Numbered from the stretch's first letter, positions 1-9,526 are shown. The stretch: DNA of 64,000 bases from Ignavibacteriota bacterium (GCA_963787835.1 CAWBEI010000002.1:1664001-1728000); one strand, 5' to 3'. Notes: generated from the letters alone by a model not told the origin. Translations and numbers: made by a program.

Positions 1-391
1 GAGGGATACGTTCCAAAGCTCTCATGAGCAGAGCGACAGCCCATACCGTCAACATAGCGATTACGCCATTCAAGATAAAGGTCCAGCGAACGGCAAGCCA
101 AGCGTTCCCATGACCGATCATGGGAGACCCGGTCAGCCAGAAGATCGGTGTATAGAAGAGAAGAATGAGCGGCTGGAAGCCATTTGTAAGATGGATTCCA
201 TCGACCGATGGGCCGTGACCTGCAGCAACATTTCTCGCGATCGAAAAGAGATAGTACGCGTCATCGCCATAGGGAGGGCCGGCGAGCGCTCGTTCCGGCC
301 GGAACGCCAGAGGGACACGGAGCGCGAAGGCAACGCACGAAAGAACCGCAACGGTATATTTTTCCTTCCGGCTAAGCAATGAATTGCACAT
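1..391 (-). CDS. GT-C-fold membrane glycosyltransferase (ArnT/PMT-like), 5' part only; runs off the window edge
   Basis: Not in the ORF track (no stop inside the window). My translation from ATG 391: MCNSLLSRKEKYTVAVLSCVAFALRVPLAF...GDDAYYLFSIARNVAAGHGPSVDGIHLTNGFQPL..., i.e. a TM helix followed by the DD-xY-x(3)-ARN loop typical of GT-C proteins. Confidence 0.7.
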   Translation of the reverse strand, partial: MCNSLLSRKEKYTVAVLSCVAFALRVPLAFRPERALAGPPYGDDAYYLFSIARNVAAGHGPSVDGIHLTNGFQPLILLFYTPIFWLTGSPMIGHGNAWLAVRWTFILNGVIAMLTVWAVALLMRALERIP

Positions 392-463
392 GGATGGGAT
401 TTAACGCAAAAGCGGGATAATCATTCGAGTGGAACCGCATTTTTGGTGGATTGTTCAGATTTC

Positions 464-1990
464 ATGCGAAGTGTTCTTGGAATTATTATAGTTACGCTGC
501 TTTCGATGCAAGGTACTGCGAATGGGCAGTTTCACGAAGAGCCTATCTCTACGAATGTGCCACATGAAACCATTCCTCTCGATAGCCTCATTCACTATCC
601 GGAGGCAGCCTTACATGATCGAATTGAGGGCAAGGTGGAGCTACAGGCTACGGTGGAAAGGGACGGCTCTGTCAGCGAAGTCACGATCGAACATTCTTCA
701 GACCCCATTTTCAACGCGGAGGCGATTCGTGTGGTAATCGTTTCCCATTTTGAATATCCCCTTTCGGAGGAATCGCCACGGGTTTCCTTCCTGATCGGTC
801 GAACCATCACTTTCGATCTGAATAATAAGCGGAGCCTTATCACTACTTCGCGTTACTCTACCGAATGCCGTTTTTTGGTAGTGGATAGATGGACGAAGGC
901 GCGTGGGTTGATCTGCGAAGACAGCGAATTTCAAAACCATGCTATGTTCAATCCCGTCGATTTTTACCCGCATGAGACCGTTCCGCTCGATAGCTCTATT
1001 CACTACCCGGAAGAAGCCGTGAAGAATCGAATCGAGGGTTCCGTAGATGTAGCGGCGGTGATACGTTCGGATGGTTCTGTTAGTGGAGTCAAGATAGAAA
1101 GGTCCTCGAACCCTGTTTTCAACACGGAAGCAATTAGGGTAATGATAACAACCAAGTTCGAGCACGACCCGAAGAACAAGTCGGCTCTTGTTTCCATGCT
1201 GATCGGGCGAACGATAACGTTCGATCTTAATAATAAGCGCAGCATTCTGACGCTGTCGCACGTTGAAGATGAATACAGCATGTTGGTCCTGGACGGATGG
1301 TCAAAGAAGAAGGGCCTAATTTATGATGACAGCAAGGTTCGATACATTTCCGATGCGAATCCCAGTGATTTTGAATCTCATGAGATCATCCCTCTCGATA
1401 GCCTAATTAGGTATCCGAAAAAAGCAAGAAAAAAGCGAATAGAAGGGGATGTGATAGTTCAAGCGCTCGTTGACAAGGATGATGGTTCTGTTAGTAAAGT
1501 CGAAATTTTTAAGTCTGATGATTCACTACTAAATGAAGAAGCAATTCGAGTAATAAAGGCAGCAATTTTCAGCCCATCATCAGGGAATGGGTGGGAGTTG
1601 AGAACTTTACATTTTCGGTTGAAAGCTAATCCGAATGCCTACAAGACGGCATCCCCCATAAAATACGAGGACGGATATAGCCAATTTGCTGCTGGCGGAG
1701 GTGAGCCAAACGAGCTTATCCCACTCGAAAAACTAATTCACTACCCCGAAGTAGCTCGAAAAAATGGGATCGAAGGGAAGGTGACACTTCAAATGCTCAT
1801 TAATAAGGACGGTTCTGTGGGTAAGGTCGAGCTTCTTAAAACAACAGATTCCGTTTTCAATGAAGAGGCAATTCGTGCAATGAAATCGGCGCACTTCACC
1901 CCGGCGATGCAGAATGGTACCCCGCTAAAAATTTGGATTACACGCACGATCAATTTTAGGTTAAAGGATATACCAAAGCCCCAAGAATAA
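464..1990 (+). CDS. TonB family protein with four TonB C-terminal domains
   Basis: Four repeats of the I(H/R)YP...A...IEG.V.V...(V/I)..DGSV..V.I..S...FN.EAIR motif; N-terminal signal-like segment. ATG 464 preferred over the track start at 443. Confidence 0.85.
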   Translation: MRSVLGIIIVTLLSMQGTANGQFHEEPISTNVPHETIPLDSLIHYPEAALHDRIEGKVELQATVERDGSVSEVTIEHSSDPIFNAEAIRVVIVSHFEYPLSEESPRVSFLIGRTITFDLNNKRSLITTSRYSTECRFLVVDRWTKARGLICEDSEFQNHAMFNPVDFYPHETVPLDSSIHYPEEAVKNRIEGSVDVAAVIRSDGSVSGVKIERSSNPVFNTEAIRVMITTKFEHDPKNKSALVSMLIGRTITFDLNNKRSILTLSHVEDEYSMLVLDGWSKKKGLIYDDSKVRYISDANPSDFESHEIIPLDSLIRYPKKARKKRIEGDVIVQALVDKDDGSVSKVEIFKSDDSLLNEEAIRVIKAAIFSPSSGNGWELRTLHFRLKANPNAYKTASPIKYEDGYSQFAAGGGEPNELIPLEKLIHYPEVARKNGIEGKVTLQMLINKDGSVGKVELLKTTDSVFNEEAIRAMKSAHFTPAMQNGTPLKIWITRTINFRLKDIPKPQE

Positions 1991-2097
1991 ATCCTAAGGA
2001 AAGCTACCCGATAGGAAATCAATTATAATGAAATCGAGAATCTTTGCGATTCAGAGATCATATTTCCCTGAAATTTTTTCCAAATACCCGGAACTCC

Positions 2098-2127
2098 TTG
2101 GCGCGTGATGTGATTTATTAGTATAGC
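2098..2127 (+). promoter_or_regulatory. Possible sigma70-type promoter for the ncRNA
   Basis: TTGGCG (2098-2103) and an AT-rich TATTAGTATAG block just before the G-run at 2130; spacing is imperfect. Confidence 0.35.
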
Positions 2128-2129
2128 TT

Positions 2130-2580
2130 GGGGGATTGCGGGTCAAAATTGCTAATGACGACCGCACCGATTCCTAAAGTCCGTTCGATCGGGTACGTAT
2201 AAAGCGATTATAGAGCGCGGCCAGCATAGTGGCGCTCAGAGTGGGGACCGGCACAGGCAACACTCCCAGACGAACACTCACCATCGGTAACCAGAGTCTT
2301 TTACTCTCAAAGTAACGATCAAGAACTCAAGGTAGCGATTAAGAGGATTGTGGATAAGCCCGTATGATCGATCATAACATGCTTGCCTGAAATCAGCAAG
2401 CTCTTGAAACTCGGATCGACAGTTAGCTCGGGAGGTCGAGATTCATTGCGGGATCTCCTCTACTCCTGCTTCGTAAAAATTTACTTCATCGTCACCGGAT
2501 GGTTAGCCTTAGAGAAACCCTCGAAGGTCATTCGGATTCGACACGAAAGAAACCGATAGGTGGCTTTCGGATTCCCTTTT
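2130..2580 (+). ncRNA. Large structured ncRNA, OLE-like
   Basis: No credible ORF. Nested long-range helices: 2130-2137/2570-2577, 2151-2155/2503-2507, 2156-2161/2489-2494, 2166-2171/2283-2288. Local stems: 2213-2218/2232-2237, 2239-2243/2261-2265, 2301-2305/2311-2315, 2381-2390/2393-2401. Ordered motifs CGATTCCT, GTCC, CGATC, ATAAA, TAGAGCGCGGCCA, GGCAACACTC..AGACGAAC, AATTTACT resemble OLE RNA as I recall it. Confidence 0.6.
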
Positions 2581-2644
2581 AAGAACCGTTCACATCCACC
2601 CCAATGGATTCAAACGATAGAACAATCGAACATAATATCACACC

Positions 2645-4684
2645 ATGATCACAATTATTGGCGGAGGCTTTTCCGGCCTTTCCGCAGCCTATTTTCTTCA
2701 CCGCGCCGGCAAAGAGGTTACCCTCCTCGAATGGTCCCGCAGTCTCGGCGGCCGTGCCTCCACTCGTAATGTCGGTTACCGGACGATGGATTCCGGCGCC
2801 CAGAGGATCGATCTTTCCCCGCTGGCATCCAATCAACTTGAAACGAATGCCCGAGCATTACTTCGCGCCGTGGCGATCGAGCGCGGCGTGCTTCAACACG
2901 CATTGCCATTTCCACCACCGGTGTTCCGGTTCGATGGTCGCTCCATCCAGACGGCACATGAGGTAGAAGTGCCGAACTGGTCCTATCTCGAAGGCGGCAT
3001 GAAAGTGCTTGCCGATGCTCTTGTCAAAGATGTTCCGGTGCGCACCCATACGCGCATCAGCGATATTGTTATTGAAAAGGATAAGTATCAGCTTCGCAAT
3101 CAGCGCGGCGAGATGACGCCCTCCGACGGAGTGGTGATCGCACTGCCTGCGCCCTATGCGCTGGCGATGCTGCTTCCACATGCCGAAAAGAATAAGAAGA
3201 TCAAGCGAATCACCGATCTTTTTAACGATGTGAATTACGAGCCGATGATCGGCGCAATGTTCGGCACGACGCGCATCGATTTTCGTGAGCCATTCACTTC
3301 TCTTTTCACGGATGATGTGACCGCTCCGATCTTCTGGCTTTCGCAGGAAAGCCGCCGGCGTCCGCTTGGCGTTCGCCAGGATGAAATGGCGTTCGTGCTC
3401 CAGCTTGGCGCGGAGATCAGCCGCGATTACGTACTGAAATCGGATAAGGAAACCTTCATTGCCGTCGAGCGGGTGTTCGAAGAAGTGCTCGATGTCGCGC
3501 TTCCGGATATTGTGTATGGAGAGATCCAGCGGTGGCCGGCTGCATTCCTTTCGTCATCGCCGTTTACGGTCGATACGATCAAAGAGGGCGAGTTCAAGGT
3601 GCCGCTTTATCTTGCCGGCGATTATATTGCCGGACAAAGTTCCATGGCATCCGCATTCTGGAGCGGCAAGCAGATCGCCGACCGTTTAGCGGGCGTCGAT
3701 ACCTTCCAGTTCATCGAGAATCCAGCGCGCGAGCAAGCGCGGCTCAATGAGGAGGACTGGAAAGCCGTCGTTCCGCCGATGCGGCTTCCGCGCAAATCCG
3801 TGCGGCCCATTCGCAAGCATGCCGATAAGAAGTACGATGCCGAAAAGGGCAAGCGGGTATTCGTCCCTCGCGAGAAAAGGGAGAAAAAGAAATTCGAAGG
3901 CCGACCGTACGGCTCACGTCCCCAGGGGCGTTCGCAAGGCCAGCGGAGGGGCGGCCCACCCCGGCGCGGTCCGGGAGGGCCACCACGTCAGGGCGGATGG
4001 CAGCAAGGCCCGCGCCAGCAATCGAGCAGGCCGCGTCAGGGTGGTCAGGGAGGCTACGCGCCACGCGGTCCGCGACAATATGGTGGAGGCGGACAGCGAG
4101 AAGGCGGTTATGCGCCACGCGGCCCACGACAATATGGAGACCAGGGCCCACGCCAGTATGGTGAACAGGGACAAGGTCGCAGTTATGGTCAGCGCTCCGG
4201 CGGAGGCGGTCAAGGTTATGCGCCACGCGCTCCACGTCCGGCAGGACAAGATCGTCAGTGGGGTGGTGGCGGAGGTCAGGGACGCTCTTATGGTCAAGGC
4301 CAAGGCCAGCCACGGCAATATGGGCAAGGTGGTGGCCAAGGCCGTTCCTACGGTCAGGGCGGAGGACAGGGCCGCTCGTATGGCCAGGGGCAAGGCGGCG
4401 GATATAATCAGGGTCGCCCACAACGTCCGCGCCCGCAGGGAGAACGATCGAATTACAACGGCGGCGGATACCGTCAGCCTCGCGATAACGGTGCGCCTTC
4501 GCAAGGCCCGCGCCAATATGGCAGTCGCGGCGGTGGACAGCAGAGCGTGTATTCCACCAACGTTCGCCCACAACCACGCGGAGATCGCGGCGGCTATGAT
4601 CAGCAGCCCCGCACCAGCGGCTTCGAACCACCCATGCCGCGCCGTCCGCGCCGCCCGGAGGATGATTCGATCGGGAACCGATAG
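2645..4684 (+). CDS. FAD-dependent oxidoreductase (renalase/HemY-like amine-oxidase fold) with a long G/R/Q/Y/P-rich low-complexity C-terminal tail
   Basis: N-terminal IIGGGFSGLSAA...LLE...LGGRA..DSGAQ Rossmann/GG motif; C-terminal FAD motif LYLAGDY...ASAFWSG; repetitive tail from about aa 400. Confidence 0.85.
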   Translation: MITIIGGGFSGLSAAYFLHRAGKEVTLLEWSRSLGGRASTRNVGYRTMDSGAQRIDLSPLASNQLETNARALLRAVAIERGVLQHALPFPPPVFRFDGRSIQTAHEVEVPNWSYLEGGMKVLADALVKDVPVRTHTRISDIVIEKDKYQLRNQRGEMTPSDGVVIALPAPYALAMLLPHAEKNKKIKRITDLFNDVNYEPMIGAMFGTTRIDFREPFTSLFTDDVTAPIFWLSQESRRRPLGVRQDEMAFVLQLGAEISRDYVLKSDKETFIAVERVFEEVLDVALPDIVYGEIQRWPAAFLSSSPFTVDTIKEGEFKVPLYLAGDYIAGQSSMASAFWSGKQIADRLAGVDTFQFIENPAREQARLNEEDWKAVVPPMRLPRKSVRPIRKHADKKYDAEKGKRVFVPREKREKKKFEGRPYGSRPQGRSQGQRRGGPPRRGPGGPPRQGGWQQGPRQQSSRPRQGGQGGYAPRGPRQYGGGGQREGGYAPRGPRQYGDQGPRQYGEQGQGRSYGQRSGGGGQGYAPRAPRPAGQDRQWGGGGGQGRSYGQGQGQPRQYGQGGGQGRSYGQGGGQGRSYGQGQGGGYNQGRPQRPRPQGERSNYNGGGYRQPRDNGAPSQGPRQYGSRGGGQQSVYSTNVRPQPRGDRGGYDQQPRTSGFEPPMPRRPRRPEDDSIGNR

Positions 4685-4700
4685 TAATTCGGAATTCGTG

Positions 4701-4728
4701 TGTACACCGGGTTAAAACCCGGTGTACA
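4701..4728. terminator. Perfect inverted repeat between convergent genes (terminator or REP-like)
   Basis: TGTACACCGGGTT-AA-AACCCGGTGTACA. Confidence 0.6.
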
Positions 4729-4754
4729 TCTTGGGATCTGTGCAGAGGTAGCGA

Positions 4755-4976
4755 TTAGTGTTTCGCTTTGGCCTGAAGGGCTTTATACGCCTTCAGAAAT
4801 TTGCTAAAGAACTTATGATCCTCCGGCGTTGCATCGCTCGAAATCAAAACGTCAATTTCATCCAGTTTTTTGTAGTCGGGGATTGTATTATTTGCTTGTC
4901 TGGATTTTCCCGTTATCAAAAATTCCCGAAAAATCTTCCGTTCTTCCGAATTCCAGGAATCATCGAGCACGTCCAT
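4755..4976 (-). CDS. Small hypothetical protein (73 aa)
   Basis: Protein-like composition in an AT-rich gap; no recognisable motif. Confidence 0.35.
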   Translation of the reverse strand: MDVLDDSWNSEERKIFREFLITGKSRQANNTIPDYKKLDEIDVLISSDATPEDHKFFSKFLKAYKALQAKAKH

Positions 4977-5046
4977 ATCATTTTCGTCAACGTTCTTTGA
5001 ATTCGGTCATCCCCATTAGAACATTTGAATATCGGAGAAGCTTCCA

Positions 5047-5106
5047 GAGATCCTTCGACTTCGCAAAACTCCGCTATCGCTTCGTTTTGCTCCGCTCAGG
5101 ATGACA
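5047..5106. repeat. REP-like palindromic element (GATCCTTCG...CGCTCAGGATGACA type)
   Basis: GAGATCCTTCGACTTCGCAAAAC...GTTTTGCTCCGCTCAGGATGACA with an internal hairpin. Confidence 0.55.
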
Positions 5107-5182
5107 GGTTGAGATAACTTTCGCATTCCAATTCCCCATCCCATTCATCTCAAGAATCCCATAAATCCCGGTTCAGACAATC

Positions 5183-8167
5183 CTACTCCCGCACCACCAT
5201 GATCTTCCCACTCGCCACGCCGGAGTTCCCGGTTTGGATGGAGTAGAAATACGCACCGGGGGCGACGAGGTTGCCTTGATCGTCGCGGGCATCCCAGGTG
5301 GTCGATTGCGGGCCGCCATCCATGGTGCGGTTCAGCAGGGTGCGGATAAGGGAGCCTTTCACATCGTAAATGCGAAGCTGAACGTTATCCATCGCGGGGA
5401 TCTCAAAATTAAGCGTAACGGCATTCGCAGTGCTATTCAAGATGAACGGATTAGGATACGGCTGATACACATAAAGCTGGTTCGTGCCATAATGCAGTTC
5501 CACCTGATTGCTGTACTTTTGCGCTCCGCTGGCGTCGATCTCATGGATCTGATAGAGATAGGTTCCGGGAGCGGTGGTGTTATCGGCAAAGGTGTAGTTA
5601 TGGGTTCCTGAAGATGCGCCCATGCCGGCAATGCTGCTAAGGCGCGTGAAGCCATCGCCATCGAGGGAACGCTCTATGTAGAACGTGGCGCCATCCGGCT
5701 CATCCTGAACGCTCCAGGCAAGCTCGGTGCCGGAACTGGATTTGGTCGCAGTGAGCGTTGAGGATTCCACGGCATTGACCCCAAAATCGTATTCCCAGAT
5801 CCCGCGGCCACTCGAAGCAACGCGTAACAACAAGCCATTCGGAGCGACCTGCACATCGCGGCAGGGGAACAGGCCGGAACCAAAGAACTCCCAATGCTGG
5901 CCGGCATCGGTGGTTTGGTACATCCCAAAATCGGTAGCGGCATACCAGGTCGAAAGCGGATTGGTCGAGTCGACCGCGACGCATAGAACGTTACAGGAGG
6001 TGGTGGAATCCGCGCCGGGAATGGCTGCGCCTGCTACACCGGACACGTTCGTCCAGGAGTGGCCGCTGTCTTCGGACATCATCACCTTCGATTTCGATCC
6101 CTCCAGACTGACGAGCACAAATTTTGTATCGTGCCAGTTGGTACAGATCGAGGTAACGGTTCCCGGGTTGGTGCGCGAAACGAAACTGGAACCAAAATTG
6201 GTGGAAAGCTCGAAGGAACTGCTGCCGCCGGCCACATAGATCATGTTGGCATTCCAGGAGGGAAGTCCTATGGCGCTGATATAATACACTCCATCATAGG
6301 TCTGCCCGAAGACCGGAGGAAGTTTTTTCCAGGTTGTGGCGCCATCGGTGGTCTGCCACAGGTGCTGACGTCCGACATAGAGAATGCTTGATGCGCCGAT
6401 GGATCCATTGGCCACGGGGGACATTCTGAATGGACAGTCCCAGCTCGCGCCATCATTCACACCTTCGGCGGAATCGGCTGTTGGCTGCCAATTGGGAGAC
6501 GAGACAGAATTCGTTATACTGATCTGACCTTCGGGGCCTTCACCATACACGCGGTTGGAGTTTGTGGGGTTAACGATCGCCGTGAGCGCATCGCCAAATC
6601 CTTCATACGTTGAGGCTTGCCCTGTCACCATTCTCCACAGCCCCTGATCCTGCGCACCAGCCCAGGTTGCTTTAAGGTTGTTCCGGTCAAAGGCGACGTG
6701 ATAGAAGCGGCTGGTGATCATGTTGGTGGAGTGAACGATCCACCCGCCGCCATTTCCCACCGTTGTGGAACCTGCTGCATAGTTGACATACAGCCCACCA
6801 TCATCACCATCATAGACAATGTTGGAGTTGAGCGGGTTGATAGCAAACGAGTGATGGTCGGAGTGTGGGTATCCACCGGTACCGAACTGGTGTCCGTCGT
6901 TATAATCGCCGTACGCTACCCAGTTTCCACCGCTTTTTTCGTAGGCATTCACGCCTGCCGTGTAGATCGTGTCATCGTTAATGGAATTTGGCGAAACGCC
7001 AAGATACAGATCGTACCATCCCTGCGGACCGAACTGGGTACCGGGAAGTGAGAACAGCCCCCCCGGAATCGAGTTATCCATGCTCCAGGTAGTACCGGCA
7101 TCGGTGCTGATATAGAGGGAATCCTGATCGTATCCATTCGAATTTGTTACAAGTGCGAAGACCTTGTTTGGAGCGTTCGTGGGAATTGCCAAAGCACCAC
7201 GCCCGATCGAGCCACCGAAGATCTTTACTGCAGTTGAGCTTTTTGTCCAGGATGAACCATCGTTCGTGGATTTATAGATACCGCCCGTGCATAAGAGAAA
7301 GAATACTCCCGGGCTTCCCGGCACCGATACGATATCCCACGTTTCACCGCTCGAGAATACGGAGTTCCACGTATTACCATAATCCGTCGAACGAAAGACG
7401 TTCCCCTGATCGTAGGACGAAGCAAGTACGATATTATGATTTGCTGGATCGACGACAATCTTGACAAAACTCGTCGCGGAGCCGACATTCAACTTTTGAA
7501 ATGAGGTGCCCCCATCCATGGAGCGGTATAGCCCGCTGCCTCCATAATTGACGATCGCGATATTGCAGTAACCGGTTCCTACATACATGGTGTCCGGCGA
7601 AACGGGGTCGATCGCTAATCCAGAGATATTAAGGTTTGGAAGATTATTGTCCGTGAGTTCATTCCATGTGGCTCCGGTATCGATGGATTCCCATACGCCG
7701 CCTCCGAAACCGGCGGCATACATGATGTTCGCATGTTGCGGATTGAACAAGATCTCCGTCGTGATCCCGGCAGATGGGGTGTTGACCGTTGCGCTGCCAA
7801 GAAGGCCGATATTCTGCCAGGTGCCTTGCACGGATTGCGTAGAAAACTTCCCGACCGAACTCCTCTCGCTCGTGCGGAGCATACTCTGTTGCGCCTGCTG
7901 ATAGGTCCAGAGGTAGGCATCCTGATCGATCGTGCCGGAGGGACCGGCTTGTCTCGAGAAATCGTAAAAATCGCGGGCGAAGGGCGCCGAGCGGCGAATG
8001 CTTTCCGGCAATTGATTGATCGCGTGGTACGCGCCCGAATCTGAACTTGCTACGATGGGATCGCGCAGGGTTTCGCTTTCTATCTCCTGCGCGCGAAGCA
8101 CAGGCGTGAGCATGGCAAGCACTACTACAACAATGACGGGAAAGAAGATGGATGTACTATGACGCAT
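5183..8167 (-). CDS. Secreted BNR/Asp-box (VPS10-like) beta-propeller protein with C-terminal FlgD-Ig/T9SS-type sorting domain
   Basis: Signal peptide; many S.D.G.TW Asp-boxes; C-terminus YPNPF...IYDVKG.LIRTL...WDARDDQG..V.PG.YFY. Confidence 0.85.
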   Translation of the reverse strand: MRHSTSIFFPVIVVVVLAMLTPVLRAQEIESETLRDPIVASSDSGAYHAINQLPESIRRSAPFARDFYDFSRQAGPSGTIDQDAYLWTYQQAQQSMLRTSERSSVGKFSTQSVQGTWQNIGLLGSATVNTPSAGITTEILFNPQHANIMYAAGFGGGVWESIDTGATWNELTDNNLPNLNISGLAIDPVSPDTMYVGTGYCNIAIVNYGGSGLYRSMDGGTSFQKLNVGSATSFVKIVVDPANHNIVLASSYDQGNVFRSTDYGNTWNSVFSSGETWDIVSVPGSPGVFFLLCTGGIYKSTNDGSSWTKSSTAVKIFGGSIGRGALAIPTNAPNKVFALVTNSNGYDQDSLYISTDAGTTWSMDNSIPGGLFSLPGTQFGPQGWYDLYLGVSPNSINDDTIYTAGVNAYEKSGGNWVAYGDYNDGHQFGTGGYPHSDHHSFAINPLNSNIVYDGDDGGLYVNYAAGSTTVGNGGGWIVHSTNMITSRFYHVAFDRNNLKATWAGAQDQGLWRMVTGQASTYEGFGDALTAIVNPTNSNRVYGEGPEGQISITNSVSSPNWQPTADSAEGVNDGASWDCPFRMSPVANGSIGASSILYVGRQHLWQTTDGATTWKKLPPVFGQTYDGVYYISAIGLPSWNANMIYVAGGSSSFELSTNFGSSFVSRTNPGTVTSICTNWHDTKFVLVSLEGSKSKVMMSEDSGHSWTNVSGVAGAAIPGADSTTSCNVLCVAVDSTNPLSTWYAATDFGMYQTTDAGQHWEFFGSGLFPCRDVQVAPNGLLLRVASSGRGIWEYDFGVNAVESSTLTATKSSSGTELAWSVQDEPDGATFYIERSLDGDGFTRLSSIAGMGASSGTHNYTFADNTTAPGTYLYQIHEIDASGAQKYSNQVELHYGTNQLYVYQPYPNPFILNSTANAVTLNFEIPAMDNVQLRIYDVKGSLIRTLLNRTMDGGPQSTTWDARDDQGNLVAPGAYFYSIQTGNSGVASGKIMVVRE

Positions 8168-8272
8168 GGATGGGAAATTTGGATGATTATTAGAAAATAT
8201 TTAAACAAGAAAATTTCACAACCGTTGCAAAACATCCAAGTCTCTGTAATAGCAACCCAGCATTGTCGGCGC

Positions 8273-8686
8273 CTATTGCTTTTTCATGACAACCCAAACC
8301 TGGCCGGCACGAATTTCATCGGCCTTGACGGTATCTTCGCCGATGTGGCGCGGGACGACATGCCTATCCTTTGGCCTGAGCAGCTCCGGCAGGTAGATCT
8401 CTTTCAGGACGGTATCGATCTTGCCCTTGGTTTCCGTGATAAGTTGATAGCGAATCTTTTGAATGGTATCGTTTCCAAAATTTTCGTAGAAGACGGTCAT
8501 GAACGGTTTTCCGTTAATGTATTCTTTATCAACGGTGACCTCGACTCCGGGAGATTTTTCCCATCGCTCTTCGGGGGATGAACATCCGGCGAGCATGGCG
8601 GCTCCGAGGAAGAAGAAGCATCCGATGGGGATGAAGGAACATCCACCGGAAATAAGCGTAACAGCAACCCCAATAGATCTTTTCAT
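8273..8686 (-). CDS. Hypothetical lipoprotein
   Basis: Lipobox-like MLAGC followed by a soluble domain; start at ATG 8686 or later, not the track start at 8833. Confidence 0.6.
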   Translation of the reverse strand: MKRSIGVAVTLISGGCSFIPIGCFFFLGAAMLAGCSSPEERWEKSPGVEVTVDKEYINGKPFMTVFYENFGNDTIQKIRYQLITETKGKIDTVLKEIYLPELLRPKDRHVVPRHIGEDTVKADEIRAGQVWVVMKKQ

Positions 8687-8944
8687 GGTAATGTTTAGGA
8701 AAGCAGTGTTTGTCTGAAAGAAAACTCGAAGAACAGACCTCAAATATACGAAAAAATAGGAGGGATGCCGCTGCGACCGAAATAGCCCCATGGACATTTC
8801 TGACGAAATCTTAGTCAATCGAGTGATATTCATAAAAAGAATTGGAATCTTTTGCTAAGAACATGGATTTGTACGTGCCATCTTTAGAACGGTAAAGACT
8901 CCCGTTTTTTTAATCACTTGTTTTTTTAGAGAAAATTAGAAACT

Positions 8945-9472
8945 ATGACTAAATTCCTTCAACGATCCGCCATCACTGCGGTTATGGCGTTCGCAATGTT
9001 TACCCAATCTGCTCAAGCCCAGGCGCTGAAGATCGCCGTCGTCGATATCCAGACCGTCGTTACGGCGATGCCTGAATATATGAGTGCGACTTCAAAAGTC
9101 GAAGCACAGACCAAGGCATATCAGGACACCCTCGAGACCATGCGTACCAAGTACCAGGCAACGATGGATTCCTACGCCAAACTCGGAACAACGGCTTCCG
9201 ATGACATGAAAAAGAAGGAACAGGAAGAGCTTCAGGGTCTCCAAGATAACTTCACCAAGTTCCAAAATACGAAATTTGGCACGGGTGGCGAGCTCGACCA
9301 AATGAAGGCCAACCTTATGAAGCCCATCACCGATAAGCTTCAGAATACTCTTGATGCATACCGCAAGAAGGAGCACCTTTCGATCATCATCCCTAAGGCG
9401 TCTTTGGTTTCTTTTGACACGGAATACGACCAGACCTCCAAATTCCAGGATTTTCTCAAGGCCCAGCCGTAA
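8945..9472 (+). CDS. skp: OmpH/Skp periplasmic chaperone
   Basis: Signal peptide AQA, KIAVVD...MPEY motif, long helical region. Confidence 0.85.
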   Translation: MTKFLQRSAITAVMAFAMFTQSAQAQALKIAVVDIQTVVTAMPEYMSATSKVEAQTKAYQDTLETMRTKYQATMDSYAKLGTTASDDMKKKEQEELQGLQDNFTKFQNTKFGTGGELDQMKANLMKPITDKLQNTLDAYRKKEHLSIIIPKASLVSFDTEYDQTSKFQDFLKAQP

Positions 9473-9526
9473 TTAATTTTCGGGTAGTTCAAAGGCTAAC
9501 CGCTTTTGCCCGTTCGGGACTTTTTG

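Noticed and set aside
2130-2580. tmRNA or RNase P identity for the structured RNA
   Set aside because: No tRNA-like 3' end (GGTTCGA.TCC...CCA) or resume/tag ORF, and no GAGGAAAGTCC / ACAGAA...GCTTA P4 pair; only AAAGTCCG is shared.
3744-4715. Long alternative-frame ORFs (295, 322 and 219 aa) over the oxidoreductase tail
   Set aside because: Stop-poor shadows of GC-rich repetitive coding sequence; no independent motifs.
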